Below, in pieces: positions 13,382 through 27,795 of a DNA stretch of 64,000 nucleotides (positions are counted from its first letter, which is position 1; each line of letters opens with the position of its first letter). A model generated the notes under the pieces. That model worked only from the letters and a program-made list of their open reading frames with translations, made no database searches and was not told where the DNA came from. The translations under genes were made by a program, and so were the position numbers. The DNA comes from Scenedesmus sp. PABB004 (taxonomy: Eukaryota): the NCBI GenBank assembly GCA_014905635.1, contig JABVCE010000040.1, positions 62,001 to 126,000 on the forward strand, given 5' to 3'.

Positions 13382-13783
13382 CCGCTCGCCACAGCCCCCC
13401 CCCCCCCCCCCGGCCTCCCGCGCTCGGCATCACACCACAACTCACAGCGCCGCCAATTGACGGCGCAACAAGCAGCGAGCCCGGCGCCCGGCGCCGAGCG
13501 CGCGCAATCCATGACGGCATGTGCCGACGTGAGTGCCCCAGAGATGCAGCGTCCCACCCGCCCCGGCCCTGCGGCGGCAACCGCCGCCGCAGGGCCCTCG
13601 CCCAGCCAAATAGATGCAAGCGCATGCATGATGCACACGAGGTGATGTCAACCATGAGCATGCGCGCCCACGCAATCCGGCCACGGACTGCCCGTTCCGG
13701 CCAGCTCAGGCCGTGCTGTGCACGCTGCTCTCAGCTCCAGCCACCTCGCGCAAGCCGCCATGCCAGCGCGTCTGCTGAACAGC

Positions 13784-16700
13784 TCAGGCCAGGTCGGGCG
13801 GCACAATCACTTTCGGATCATCAAGAGAAGGGAACAAATGGCTCGCGTTGCCAGCGGCTGCACGCACGTCCTCCGGCTGGCCCCAGCACGCCACGCGCCG
13901 ATCCGTTCGCACAATGCAAGCGTGGTTTTGAAAGCCGACCGCGAGGCTGAGCACGCGCCCGCCGGCCGGGTCCGGCACCGCCATGGGGAACGCCTTAATG
14001 GTGTAGTCCACAGGCACATAGCCCGTGCACGAGCCAAGCCGGTTGCCGCTCTCCACGACGCACGCCGAGCGGCCGCCCGCCGCAAACGCGGCCACGCCCG
14101 ACGCGCGCTCGACGAATGTGGGCGTGGCGAAAGCTGATCTGTTCTGCCGGGCGACTGCTTCGCCATCCAGCACCGCGTAGCACAGCAGCGAGCCTGTCAG
14201 GTTCAGCCGGCACGCCGTCTCGTCCACGCGCACCGCGGCAACGTTGGATGCCCACACAAAGCCATTGTCTTGGATGTCGGCCAGGGCCTGCCAGACCGCG
14301 CCACGCCGGCCAGGCACCAGACGCGGGGGGTTGGCATACTTCCCAGGCACAGCGCCCCATGCAAAGCCGAGGCACAACATTGCGCCGTCGCCCGTCACAG
14401 CAACCAGGAAACAGCCCGTCGCGTGCGAGCGCCCCGTTTCAAGTGACGCCAGGTCGTCGCCCAGCACCTCGCCCGGGATGCCCGTTGCCTCCCGCAGCGC
14501 CGCGGGGTCGCCGGCCGGGTCCCACGCGTCGCCCCAGCACACGATGCGCGACGGCCGCACGCCGCGCCCGGTGATGCCGGCGCACGCGCCCACGAGCACG
14601 CCGCCTGCGTCTGAGCGGTTGGCTGAGGCCGGTATGTCAAATACAAATGTCACGCCGACGACGTCGGCCGCCAGCGCGGGGTCGCGCAGCTCCGCCGGCA
14701 CCTTGGCGGCGGCGATGCTGGCCGGCCAGCACACCAGCCCCGCGCTGCTCGACACCGCACATGTGGCGTGCAGGGCATACAGGTAGCCAGGCTGGAACAG
14801 CGCCGTCACGCCTGCGAGGCCCGCTGGCGGGTCGCTCCAGCAAGCCCAGTTCGCTGGGCACTTGTGACAGGACCCGGCGGCGCTGCAGTCCGCGGACACC
14901 TTGTAAGCCAGATTGCCCCAGCACCGCACGCCGCTGCTGGGCGTCACGGCGCACGAGTGGTACGCGCCCAGCGACAGCAGCGGCTGCATGCGAGTCGTCT
15001 GTTTTGCACCTGGGAGCAGCCCCCGTGCCGCGCCGCACACGCGCAGCGGGCCTCCCGTGGCGTTGCCGAGGTCTGCGCCCAGCTCGCCCACGTTGTCGGC
15101 GACCAGCTCCTCCAGCAGGGCGTTGCCGTCGGCGGTCGCCGGGCTCGCCGCATTTTGTAGCACCGTGAGCTGGCTCGCGACGTGCGCAAGCCGCGTGGGC
15201 CGCGCTGGCGCGTACAGCACGCAGTCGGGGTCGTCGGGCCCTGCCTCGGACACGCGGCCCTCAAAGTCTTTCAAGACGCTGGCCGCGCGCGCCTGCTCGG
15301 CCTCGGTGCCGGGCACGGGGCCAAAGTCCAGGCCATACGTATCGCCGTTGCTCATGATGTAAGCGGAGCCGTACGCGACGCGCACGGTGCCGCGCCAGCC
15401 CCACGCCGGGCCCCAGGAGTTCTGCGCGCGGCGGACGCGCGCGCAGCAGGCCGGCGCGCGGTGCGGGTGGGCAGCAGCGAGCGCTGGAGTCGGCGGCTGC
15501 ATGGCTGGCCCGCCTGCGGCCGCGCGCCGCGCCGCGCCGCGCTGGTCAGCGGCGCGGCGCCGCCGACCAACGGCAGCGCTGCAGCCCACCTTGCACAGCC
15601 ACGCCCCGGCAGCGTCGTCCCAGCCGTAGCACATGATCGCGTGCCACTCCAGCGACCAGAGGTCGGTGCCGGGCGGCAGGCTGGGCGGGAAGTAGACCTG
15701 CTGCGCCGACGTCGGCGCAAACGCCTTGAACTCTGGCTGCACGACCATCGACGTCACCACGCCACCATGCAACAGGATGTGGCGCTTCATACGCGCCACG
15801 CTGTTAAGCGCCTCAATGCTGAAGCCGTGGCCTGCGGACAACGCAGTGGGCAGCGCGCAGAAGGGGTGGGCTGTGTGGGCGGCGCGCCGTCCGGCAGGGC
15901 GCGAGCGCCGCCGCCGTGCGCGCAGCTGTGCAGGCGGGCAAGCGCGCAGTGGCGTCCCTAGGCGCAGCCACGGCGCACCTGCCGGCAGCGCTGACTGGCA
16001 GACAGGGTTGACGCCCGTTGACCGGAAACACTTGGGTCCCACGGCATCGGGGTTGTACGCCAGGCAGGTGCGGTTCACCCAGTTGGCGTTCAGCCTTCCG
16101 TTCGTCACGTCCTCAGACAGCTTGTCAAATGACATTCCCGTCGCGCAGTTGAGCGGCAGTGACAGCCGGCAGAACGCGAGGTCCTGTTCTGACAGGCCCA
16201 GCTGCGTCCAGTCCTGCCCCAGGTACGTAGCAACCGCGGCCTCGGCTGCTGCGGTCGCCGCAAACGCCACGCATGAGCTGCACGCGCGCTGGTCCTGCGC
16301 CGGGCCGACAAACGCGCGCCCGCCCAGCGTCGCGGCGGTGTCGTTGGCATCGTAGGCCGGTGGCAGGATCGCGAGTATCAGCGCGTCAAAGTAGCCAGCG
16401 CATTCCTCTGTTGCGCCGGCGCCGCACACCGCCTCGAGCAGCTCCGCCCTCTTCTTGCCGCCGCCGCTGCCGCCCCGGCCGCCGTTGCCGCGGCCGCCCA
16501 TGTCGCGCACGCGCTTCGCGCGCGCCTGGAGGCCTGAGTAGTCAGCGAGCTGGTCGAGCGCCGACTGCAGCGCCTTGCCGCGGAACAGCAGCCCCGTGGC
16601 GCGCGCGCACGCGGGCCCGCTGCGGTGACGCAGGCGGCAGCGGGGGCGTCAGCAGCTAAGCGCGGCGGCGGCGCACACATCGTCGCCGAGGCGCGGCTGC

Positions 16701-17301
16701 TGCCGCCACTGCCAGCAGCCTGAGCCACAGCGCGCTGCCCTGCCAGCCAGGGTGCCGCTACTCACCAGGGGGACGTGGGGCTCGCTGGCGCGGGGCTGGC
16801 CGGCGCGGGGCTGGCCGGCGCGGGGCTGGCCGGCGCCGGGCTGGCCGGCGCAGGGCTGGCCGGCGCGGGGCTCGCTGGCGCCGGGCTGGCCGGCGTCTTC
16901 TGGCAGGTCGGGACGCCGTTCACCACCACGCGCGAGAAGCCCTTGTTGCAGCGCACGTCGCAGGCGAACACGCCGGCTGCGTCGGCGGCGCACGTCGCGC
17001 GGCCGCCCCTGGGCGGCTTGGCGCAGCGCGTGCAGGCCGTGCCGCACGCCTTCGTTGTCTTGCAGTTGCGCTGCAGCAGGCTGCGCCCAGGTGCACCTGC
17101 GGCGGGGCGGCGCGGGCGCGGGTGACGACGGGAGCGCAGGGCAGCGCCCGCGACGACCGCGGGCCTGCGCGGTGATCCACCTGCGCGATGCTCCATGTCA
17201 GCCGCCCCAACGATTGCCAGGACCGCTAGGAGCAGGATCAGCGCGCCGCAGCGGCCGCGGCACGGCCAGCGGCGGCGCGGCAGCCTGCTGTCCGGGGCCA
17301 T
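13784..17301 (-). CDS. Secreted papain-like (C1A) cysteine protease with Cys-rich N-domain, (PASPA)n linker, LysM-like segment and C-terminal RCC1/crinkly-like repeats
   Basis: Signal peptide ALILLLAVLAIVGAA. Catalytic motifs QDQRACSSCVAFA, WHAIMCYGW and K|NSWG. Repeats LSLGAYHSCAV..GVRCWG and LAVGFQNHACIV..RVACWG. Four introns give a continuous frame. Confidence 0.82.
16778..16895 (-). repeat. 15-bp coding tandem repeat encoding (PASPA)n
   Basis: GCCAGCCCCGCGCCG-type units seen directly; translation TPASPAPASPAPASPA... Confidence 0.9.
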
Positions 17302-17701
17302 CGCTGCGGCCTCGGCCCGCGCGCTGCGCTCCGCGGTCTAGTGGCTCCGCTGGCTCGGGTGTGAGTCTGGCTAGGTGCGGGAGACCTGTGACCGGCGTGG
17401 GGCGGCGAGCAGAAACCGCGCTGGGGATTTGGGTCACCGTCCCGCGGCCGCCGCCTGTGCGCGCCGGCGCGGGCTGGTGGGCTGGCGGGATGCACTGGCG
17501 GCGACACAGGCGAGGCGCAGAGCGGCGCAGGCGGGCCGGTGCGGCGGCGACACACCGGCCCGGCGCAGACACGGGCGTCACCCGCAGAGAGAGAGAGCGA
17601 GGTCGCCCCAGACGCAGATGCAGGCAGCGCCCGCGGCGGCCGAGAGCAGCGGGATGCGGTGGAACGAACGGGCGCATCTGCCTGCTCACAGCTCGGTCGA
17701 G

Positions 17702-20457
<2,756 letters not shown>

Positions 20458-20637
20458 GGCGGCTGCGCGGCGCGGCGCCGCGCAGGGGGGGAGGCGCCGC
20501 GGGCGGGCTGGGCGTGCGCTCGGCGCGGGGCTGGTCGGGGGCGCGCGCCGGCGCCACCGCGCCGCCGCCGCCCGCCGGGGGGGGCGCGCGGCGGCGGGCG
20601 GGTGGGCGGGCGGGGCTCGACGGGGGCCCGGGGCCTC

Positions 20638-20742
20638 TCAGCGCTCCGCGCCGCGGCGCCGCGGCGGCGGCGGCGCGCCCGCCGCCGCCGCCGCGCCGGC
20701 GCCCGCGTCCGGCCGGTGTGGGGCGAGGACGAGCAGCAGCAT
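20638..20742 (-). promoter_or_regulatory. Candidate riboswitch-controlled uORF (34 aa) behind an alternative 3' splice site
   Basis: Minus strand reads GGCGCAG|G-ATG CTG CTG CTC GTC..., giving [34 protein letters not shown]. It lies between the aptamer and the THI4 start. Confidence 0.6.
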
Positions 20743-20773
20743 CCTGCGCCGGGGGGTGCGCGTGCAAGTGCGG

Positions 20774-20866
20774 ACGCTTCCCTTCGCGCGCATTATCGCG
20801 TTCAGGTTCAAAGGGTATTTCTCAGCACACAACAGGGCCGAAGCGCCTGTGTGGCACCCCTAGCGT
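20774..20866 (-). ncRNA. TPP riboswitch aptamer in a THI4 5'-UTR intron
   Basis: Minus strand: ACGCT-AGGGGTGC-CACACAGGCGCTTCGGCCCTGTTGTGT-GCTGAGAAATACCCTTTGAACCTGAACGCGATAATGCGCGCGAAGGGA-AGCGT. Contains the conserved CUGAGA, AUACCC and GAACCUGA motifs. P1 ACGCU/AGCGU, P4 CCCUU/AAGGG, P5 CGCG/CGCG, and P3 capped by cUUCGg. Confidence 0.96.
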
Positions 20867-21713
20867 GTCTTTGTGTGAGAAATGGCCGGCCGCGGGCCGC
20901 GCCCGAGGCAGCAGGGGGCCGCGCCCGAGGCAGCAGGGCGCGCAGCTGCGGGCAGCCATGGCGCCACAACTGCGGTGCCCCCGAGCGCGCGGGCTGCGCG
21001 AGCGCATTGCTGCTGGCGGGCCGCTCCGCGCACGCGCCCGATCCCCCTGGCCCGCTGGCCCCGCTGCCGCGCTGCCGCAACGCGGCGCCGCGGCGGGGGC
21101 TGGCCTGGATCGCGCCGCATCCGCGGCCGGCCGCAGCGGCGCGCCGGGGCCGCGCCTCACCTGGTGCGTGCGAGGGACGAGGGCGCCGAAGGCGGTAGGG
21201 CCGGGGAGGGCTCCTGCGGGGCGGCAGCGGACGCGTGGGCGCGGGGGCGGCGCCTGCCGCATGCGTTGCCGGCCGCGCGCGCGGCGGGCCGCGTCCGATC
21301 GCGACGCGCGCTCACCTGGAGGTGGATGGGGGCGGGTGGGAGGCTGGAGAATGGCGGGCGGGGGCGAGGAGCGCCGCATTTAGCTGGTGGGGTTTGGGTT
21401 CTGCCACCTCAGCTCGGCCCGGCGCCGACGGCGCCTCGCTTGAGCTCCGTCGCGGCCGTGTCCGGTCGCTTCGTTACCGAGCGCGCCGCCACCGCTGCCG
21501 CGGCAAAGGCTGCGCCGCCGCGGGCGTGCCGCCGCCGGCCGCCGCCGCCGTGCTGAGGTGGTGATCGTACATCGTCTGCCCCCGCCGCCCCCTCCCGCCA
21601 AGCGTGTGCAAGTGCCAACCCCGGCGCGCGGCACAGCGCCTGCTGCCCCGCGCGCCGCGCGGCCGCCGTCGCGGGCCGCCGCTGCCTGCCCGCCGCGCGT
21701 GCGGACCAGGGGC

Positions 21714-22410
21714 TCAGCCCTTGAGCTTGGACTGCTGCCACCACACCGCGAACGCCGGGATGGCCACGCCGCTGCCGACGACGCCGCACACCCACGCGGC
21801 GACCTTCCACTGCCGCCCGGGCCACTGCGGGCGCGCGCGCGGCACGCGGGGCGACGGGCGCGCGAGGCGCGGCGGGCGGCGGCGGCGAGGGCGCGGCGGT
21901 GAGGGGCGTGCCGACGCCGGCTGCGCGCCGCCATCGATCAGGTCGCCGCCACGCGCAGCGCCGCGCGCGCCGCTGCTGGCCCCGCTGCTGCCGCTGCCGG
22001 AGCTGCCGCTCCGCGAGCCGCCGCGCCGATCGCGCGCGGCGCGGTGCCCGGGGGGCCGTGGGCGGCGCTCACGTCCTGGAAGTTCAGGTAGTTGGGGCCG
22101 TGCTCGTAGTCCTGCGCGGGGGCGGGCAGGCGATTGCCCGGAGGCAGCAGGCCGCCCGTGAGCTGGCGCCGGCGCGCCGCGGCCCGCGGCGCCGCGTGTG
22201 CGCCGGCTGGGCCCCGCCTGAGCCCGGGGGAGCCCCAGATCGGGCCGGCGCTGCGCCTGGCGCGCGGCGCGGGCGCGGGCGTGCACGCAGCGCCGCGCGG
22301 GCGCCTCTCACGTAGTGCGAGCGCGGGCCGGCGCTGGTGCGGAAGGTGCGGGTCGCCTTGGGCGCCTCCGCGGCCACGCCGCGGGCCAGGGCGCGCAGCG
22401 CGGCGGACAT
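21714..22410 (-). CDS. Cytochrome c oxidase subunit VIIc-like small mitochondrial protein (3 exons)
   Basis: Exons 22410-22312, 22111-22073 and 21824-21714 give MSAALRALARGVAAEAPKATRTFRTSAGPRSHYDYEHGPNYLNFQDWPGRQWKVAAWVCGVVGSGVAIPAFAVWWQQSKLKG. The presequence, RSHY..GP motif and single TM helix resemble COX7C. Confidence 0.72.
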
Positions 22411-22622
22411 GGTGCACGGGGCCGCTGCCGGCGAGGAGGAGGGCTGCTGCGCGCGCAGCCGGCGGCGGGGAACGAGGGGGACGCGGCGGGCGCCGGGGCA
22501 CCACCACCGCGCGCTGGACGATGCCCGCTGCGCCGCCGCTCTGCGCCCCGCCGCTGCACCCCCGCAGGGCGCGCGGCCGGCAGGGGGGAGGCAGGTTGCG
22601 TTGCCGCCGCAGCCACGCTGCA

Positions 22623-24217
22623 TCAGCCGCCCGAGGCGCACGCCGCGCAGCGCGCCGCCGCCTCGGCGCCGCGCTCGGCGGGCGCGCCGAGCGCCGCAAA
22701 GTGCGCCGCCGCGGCGTCCAGCATCTGCTCCGTGCCGCCGCACCACTTGACGTCCGCGACCACGAAGCGCCCCGGGTCGGCCGCCACCGCGGCCTCGACG
22801 CTCGCCTGCGGCGCGGCGCGGCCGTCTCGGACAGGCGCCCGTCCGACGCGGCGCCCCGGCGCGGCTGCACCCTCGCCCGCGCCGCCGCCGCCGCCGGCGC
22901 CGCCGCCGCCGCACCGCGCCGACGCTGGGCAGGAAGGCCTTGCCCACGGCGGCGGCGAGCGCGAGGTCGTTGTCGTCATCGCCGAGGTGGCCGCAGCGGT
23001 CGGCCTGCACGCCCCAGCGCGCCATGAGCCGCGCCGCGGCGCCCTGCTTGCCGCTCGCGGCGGGGTAAAAGTCGGTGACGCCCAGGTTGACGCTGCTCGC
23101 CACGCCCGGCGGCGCCGCCGCGACGGCGGCGCGCAGCTCGGCCTCGCCCCGGCCAGGCGTGGGCGTGAGCCTGCGGCGGCGGCGGCGGCGGCGCGCGCGT
23201 CGGCGCGCGCGTCGGCGGCGGCGGCCCCCGCTGCGTGAGGCGGCGACGCCCACGCCTAGCGCCGCCGCTGCCCCTGGGCGGGCGCTCACCGGAAGCAGGT
23301 GGAGTAAGAGTTGCTGTCGAGGCGCCACCCCTGCCGGTGCAGCTCGCGATACCACTCCCACAGAACGCCCTGGCCACCGCGGCAGCGGCGGCGGCGCGCG
23401 CGGTGTCGGCGCCGGCCGGAGCGGCAGGCGCGGGGACGCGGCGCCGCGCCGCGCCCGCCGCGCACCTCGCGCTCCAGCGGCGGCCGCACGTCCTGGCCGG
23501 GCGGGCCCGCGACGGCCGCGAGCTGCTGCCGCCACTCGAGGTCCTCCACCAGGGGGCAGGCTGGCCAGGGGCGGGTCGGGGGCGGGCCAGGGCGGCGTCG
23601 CGTCGCGTTGCGCGGGGCGGCGCCGCGGCGCCTCCCGCCCACAGGGCGCGCGGCTGCTGCCGCGCGCCCCGCCGGGCCGTTGCCGCCGCCGCCGCCGCCG
23701 CCCCTTTAATCCACCCACCCGTGAGGCCCTGGGGGTCGGGGTACCAGATGCGGCCGCCATTCTCGGCGACGACGGCGTCCGCGGCCGGCAGGAACGGCAG
23801 GCGCTGCAGTACCGTCGACGTGCGCGCGCCCGAGACCAGCACAAACGCGCCGCCCGCCGCGCGCAGCGCGGCCGCCTTTTCGAGCGTCAGGCGTGAGATA
23901 ACGCCCTGGTGGCGCGGGGGCGGCGCGTGGGCCTCCGGGCGCGCGCTGCCAGCGCTGCCAGCCCGCCAAGCGCGCGCGGCCGCCGCCGCTGCTCACCAGG
24001 CGGCCCGTGGCCGACTGCGGCAGCAGCAGCAGCTCCCCCACCACCTGCGCGGCGCCGGCGCGCGTGGGCGGGCGGGCGGGCGGCCGGCCGGCGCGGCAGC
24101 GGCAGCGGCGGCGCGCACCTCCTGCAGCTGCGACGGGTCCAGGTAGTGGACGAGCGTGCCGTCGATGTCGCTGAAGCAGATGAACGAGAAGCGCGGCGCC
24201 GGCGGCGGCGTCGCCAT
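22623..24217 (-). CDS. HAD-superfamily IIB (Cof/sucrose-phosphatase-like) phosphatase
   Basis: Motif I FSDIDGTLV, motif II LVSGAR, VVAENGG, motif III SGK and motif IV LGDDDNDL. Confidence 0.85.
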
Positions 24218-24477
24218 CCCGCCGCTGCTTGCGGTGCTGCTTACGCCTGAGCGCCTGAGCGTCCTCCTGCGTGGGCGCGATCGCGCTTGTGGATGCAGGC
24301 GCTTGTCGTTGACGGAGCACCGCGAGCGGTGGCAGCCGCGCGGGCGCGGCGCGCCGCCGCTCAAGACCTACTGACGCCGCGCTGGCCACAGAGCTGCAGG
24401 CTGCGCCCAGCGCACCACGAGAGCTGCAGCTGACGGCCGAAACTGCCGTCACAGTTTGCGCGCTGCCGGGCGCCACC

Positions 24478-25854
24478 ATGCTGCTGCGCGCGCCGCCGCC
24501 CGCCGCTGCTGCCTGCGGCGCGGGCGCCGCGCGCCGCGTGCGCGCACAGCGGCCGGCGCCGGCCGGCGGCGGCGGCCCTCCCGCAGCCGCCCAGCTGCTG
24601 GCGTGCAGGGCGGCGCCCGCCGCGCGGCGGCGCCCGCCACGGCGCGGCGGCGCGCTGGCGGCGCGCGCGAGCCTGTTCGACGATCCGCTCGACGCGCGGC
24701 AGCCGGCCAACCCGCACCCCTCGCTCGCCAACGCGGGTGCGCCGCGCACGCCCGCTGCGGCGGCCGCCAACGGGCAGCCGGCCAGGCCAGGCCAGGCCCC
24801 TGCGGCGCGTTGCCACCAAAAAACGCCCGCGCGCCTGCGGCCGCCGCAGACCTGCTGCCGACGCCGGCGGCCGCGCGTTCATTTGGCGCGCTTGAGTTTG
24901 CGAGCCTGTGGGTCACGCTGGTCATCAGCATCACGACCTACGTGCTCGCCGCCAACCTGGTGCAGCTGGGCATGAGCTGGTGGCAGGGCGTCGGCACGGT
25001 GCTCTTCGCAAACGTCCTCACGCTCGTCCCCCTGACCCTGAACGCCCACCCGGGTGCGCGCCGCGCGGCGCGGGTGCCGACCAGGGCCCCGCCCCGCCGC
25101 GCCGCGCCGCCACTCTGGGCCCCGCGCCGCCTCCCGCCAGGCACAAAGTATGGCATCCCTTTCCCGGTGCTCGCGCGAGCCAGCTTTGGCATCAAGGTGC
25201 GGCCAGGCAGCTCAGGCCCCCCCGGGCGGCTGGGGCCGGCGGCCGCCGGCCGCGCGGCGGAGGCCGGGCGGCGCGCGAGTGGGCGCCGCGGCGCGCCGCG
25301 CGGGGGCGGGGCGGGGTCGCGGTCGCCGCCCCGCCATGGACCCGCCGCCGCCTCCGACAGGGGGCCAACCTGCCGTCCCTCGCGCGAGCGCTCGTGGCGG
25401 TGGGGTGGTTCAGTATCCAGACCTGGATCGGCGGCTCGGCGCTGCATCAAATGCTCGCGACGCTCGGCGGCGCGGCGCTCGTGGGCGGCGCGCCGCTCGC
25501 GTGGCTGGGCATCTCCGCCAGCCAGCTCGCCTGCTTCCTGGCGTTCTGGGCGCTGCAGGCGCGCCCGCGGCGCCCCCGCCCGCCCGCCCCCGCGCGGCGC
25601 ACAGCGCGGCTCGTCCGCGGCAGCTCGCCCCGCCCCGCGCCGCGCGGCGCGGCGCCCGGCTGCGCCCGGCCCGGCTCACGGCTCCTGCGCGTGCGCCGTG
25701 CAGGCGGCCATAATCTTTCGTGGCATCGAATGCATCAAAGAGGTCGAGAAGGCCTCCGCGCCCATCCTGGTGGCGCTCGCGGCGGCGCTGATGTGGTGGT
25801 GCGGCCGCCGGCGCCGCGTCGCTCCGTGACCGCGTGCGACGGCTGCTCGCCCGA

Positions 25855-25901
<47 letters not shown>

Positions 25902-27234
25902 GCGCGGCGCGCCGCCCCGCGCAGGGCGCTGACGACGGCGGGCGGGCTCGGGCCGATGCTGGCGGCGCCGTCGCAGTTTGGCCCCGGCATGCCGCAGGAG
26001 GGGCGGTTCTGGTCGGTCTTCGTCCCCGCGGTCACCGCCAACGTCGGCTACTGGGGCACGCTGGCGCTGAACATCCCAGACTTCAGCAGGCGCGGCGGCG
26101 CCGGCACCAGCGGCGGCGGCGGCCGCGGCGGCGCCGGCGGGCGCGCCCCGCGCGCCGACGCCGCGGCGCCGCCCCGCCGCCTCGCCCTGTCCCTGCCCTC
26201 CCCTCGCCCGCGCGCCCAGGTTTGCGACGAGCCAGCGCGCGCAGGCGGTGGGCCAGGCCGCGGGGCTGCCGCTGACGATGGCGGCGTTCAGCTTTGTCGG
26301 CCTCGCCGTGACCTCGGCGACGATTGTCATATGGGGCGCGCCCGTGACCGACCCGGTCGCGCTGCTTTCCCACATGACCCACCCGGGCGCAGTGATGCTA
26401 AGCCTCTTTGGTGCGCGGCGGTCACGCGTGGGGCGCGCGGGCGCGCCACGCGGCGGTCACGCGTGGGGCGCGCGGGCGCGCGGGCGCGCCGCGCGGCGGT
26501 CGCGCGTGTGAGCGCCGCCGAGCTGCGAGCCGCGCCCGCTGTGAGCCGCGCCCGCCCGCGCCCGCGCGGCCGCCAGGCCTCACGCTCGCGACGCTGACGA
26601 CCAACGTCGCGGCCAACGTCGTCGCGCCGGCCAACGCGCTGCTCAACGCCGCGCCCGCGCTCTCCTTCCGCGCCGCGGGCGTCGGCGCGGCAGCGCTCGC
26701 GCTCGCGGCGTCGCCGTGGCGTCTGATGGGCGGGTTCCTCAACTGGCTCGTCGCCTATTCGGCGCTGCTCGGCCCCGTCGTGGGCGTCATCCTGGCTGAC
26801 TATTACGTCATCCGCCGCCGCGCCCTCGACGTCGACGCCCTCTACTCGGCCGACCCCGCGGGCGCGTACTGGTACTCGGTGCGCGGCCCGGGGCGCGCGG
26901 CGCCCGCCGCCGCGGCCGGCGGGGGCGGCGCGCGCGCGGGGGCGGGGGCGGTCGCGCGCGCGCCGGCGGCGGCGCCGCCTGCCGAGCTCGCCGCCGCCGC
27001 GCGGCGCGCATGCAGGGCGGCGTCAACCCCGCCGCGCTGCTCGCGGTCGGCGCGGGCGCGGCGCCGTGCCTGCCGGGGCTCGCGGCGTCGCTCGGGCTCG
27101 CGCGCGTGGCGCCGGTGTGGCCCGCGATCTACGACGGTGCGTGGTTCGTGTCGGTGGCCGTCGCGGCGGTGGTGTACGTCGCCGCGATGCGCGCGCGGCG
27201 CGCGCCCGGCGCGGCGCCCGCGGCGGCGGGCTGA
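24478..27234 (+). CDS. NCS1: Nucleobase:cation symporter-1 (NCS1/PLUTO-like), with transit peptide
   Basis: [80 protein letters not shown]. Confidence 0.93.
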
Positions 27235-27721
27235 GCCGCGCGTGGCGGCGGCGCGGGGTGAGGTGTGCAGCGGCCCGCCCCGGGCGGCAGCGCGCTGAAC
27301 CGCCCGAGCTCTGGCTGACAGGCGTATCGTGAGGCCCGCCGCCGAGCGCACCGTGTGTCCCAGATCCGTCCAGGCAGAGAGGGGTCGCAGCCTGCGCGGC
27401 GGGGGCCAGCGGCGCCGCCAGCCGTCGGCGATCCTCATTCGCCGCCCTCCCCCGCTGACGCCCGCCCGCCCGCCGCCCGCCGCCGACGGCCGCCGCCCGC
27501 CGCCGACGGCCGCCGCGCGCTGCGCGCAGCGCCGAGCTCGAGGCCGTGCTGCGCGGCACGCCGCACGCGCTGAGCTTGGCGGCGATCGAGGAGCTGCTCG
27601 CAGCCGATTCGCTCTTCATCCTGGACGCGGGCGGCACCGTGCGGCTCGACCTCGCGCGCCTCTCCAGCAACGCGAAGGGCTGGTGGGCCGGCGGCGGGGG
27701 CGCCGGCGACGCCTCGCGCCT

Positions 27722-27795
27722 AGATAAAGATAAAGATAGTTACACCACAGGCTCGCGCCCATTGGTCCCGCGCCCCTTAAGGACGGTGTCCTTAA
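27722..27795 (-). mobile_element. 74-bp insertion, probable 5'-truncated non-LTR retroelement 3' end
   Basis: Flanked by the duplication GCGCCT (27716-27721 and 27796-27801). More AT-rich than its surroundings. The minus strand ends TGTAAC-TATCTTTATCTTTATCT. Confidence 0.72.

Noticed and set aside
16778..16895. Regular 15-bp repeats as a CRISPR-like array
   Set aside because: There are no spacers. It is a coding Pro-rich tandem repeat in a eukaryotic gene.
21161..21379. ATG at 21379 as an N-terminal extension of THI4
   Set aside because: Splicing via 21316/21213 and 21161/20462 puts it out of frame with THI4, and it may lie upstream of the transcription start.
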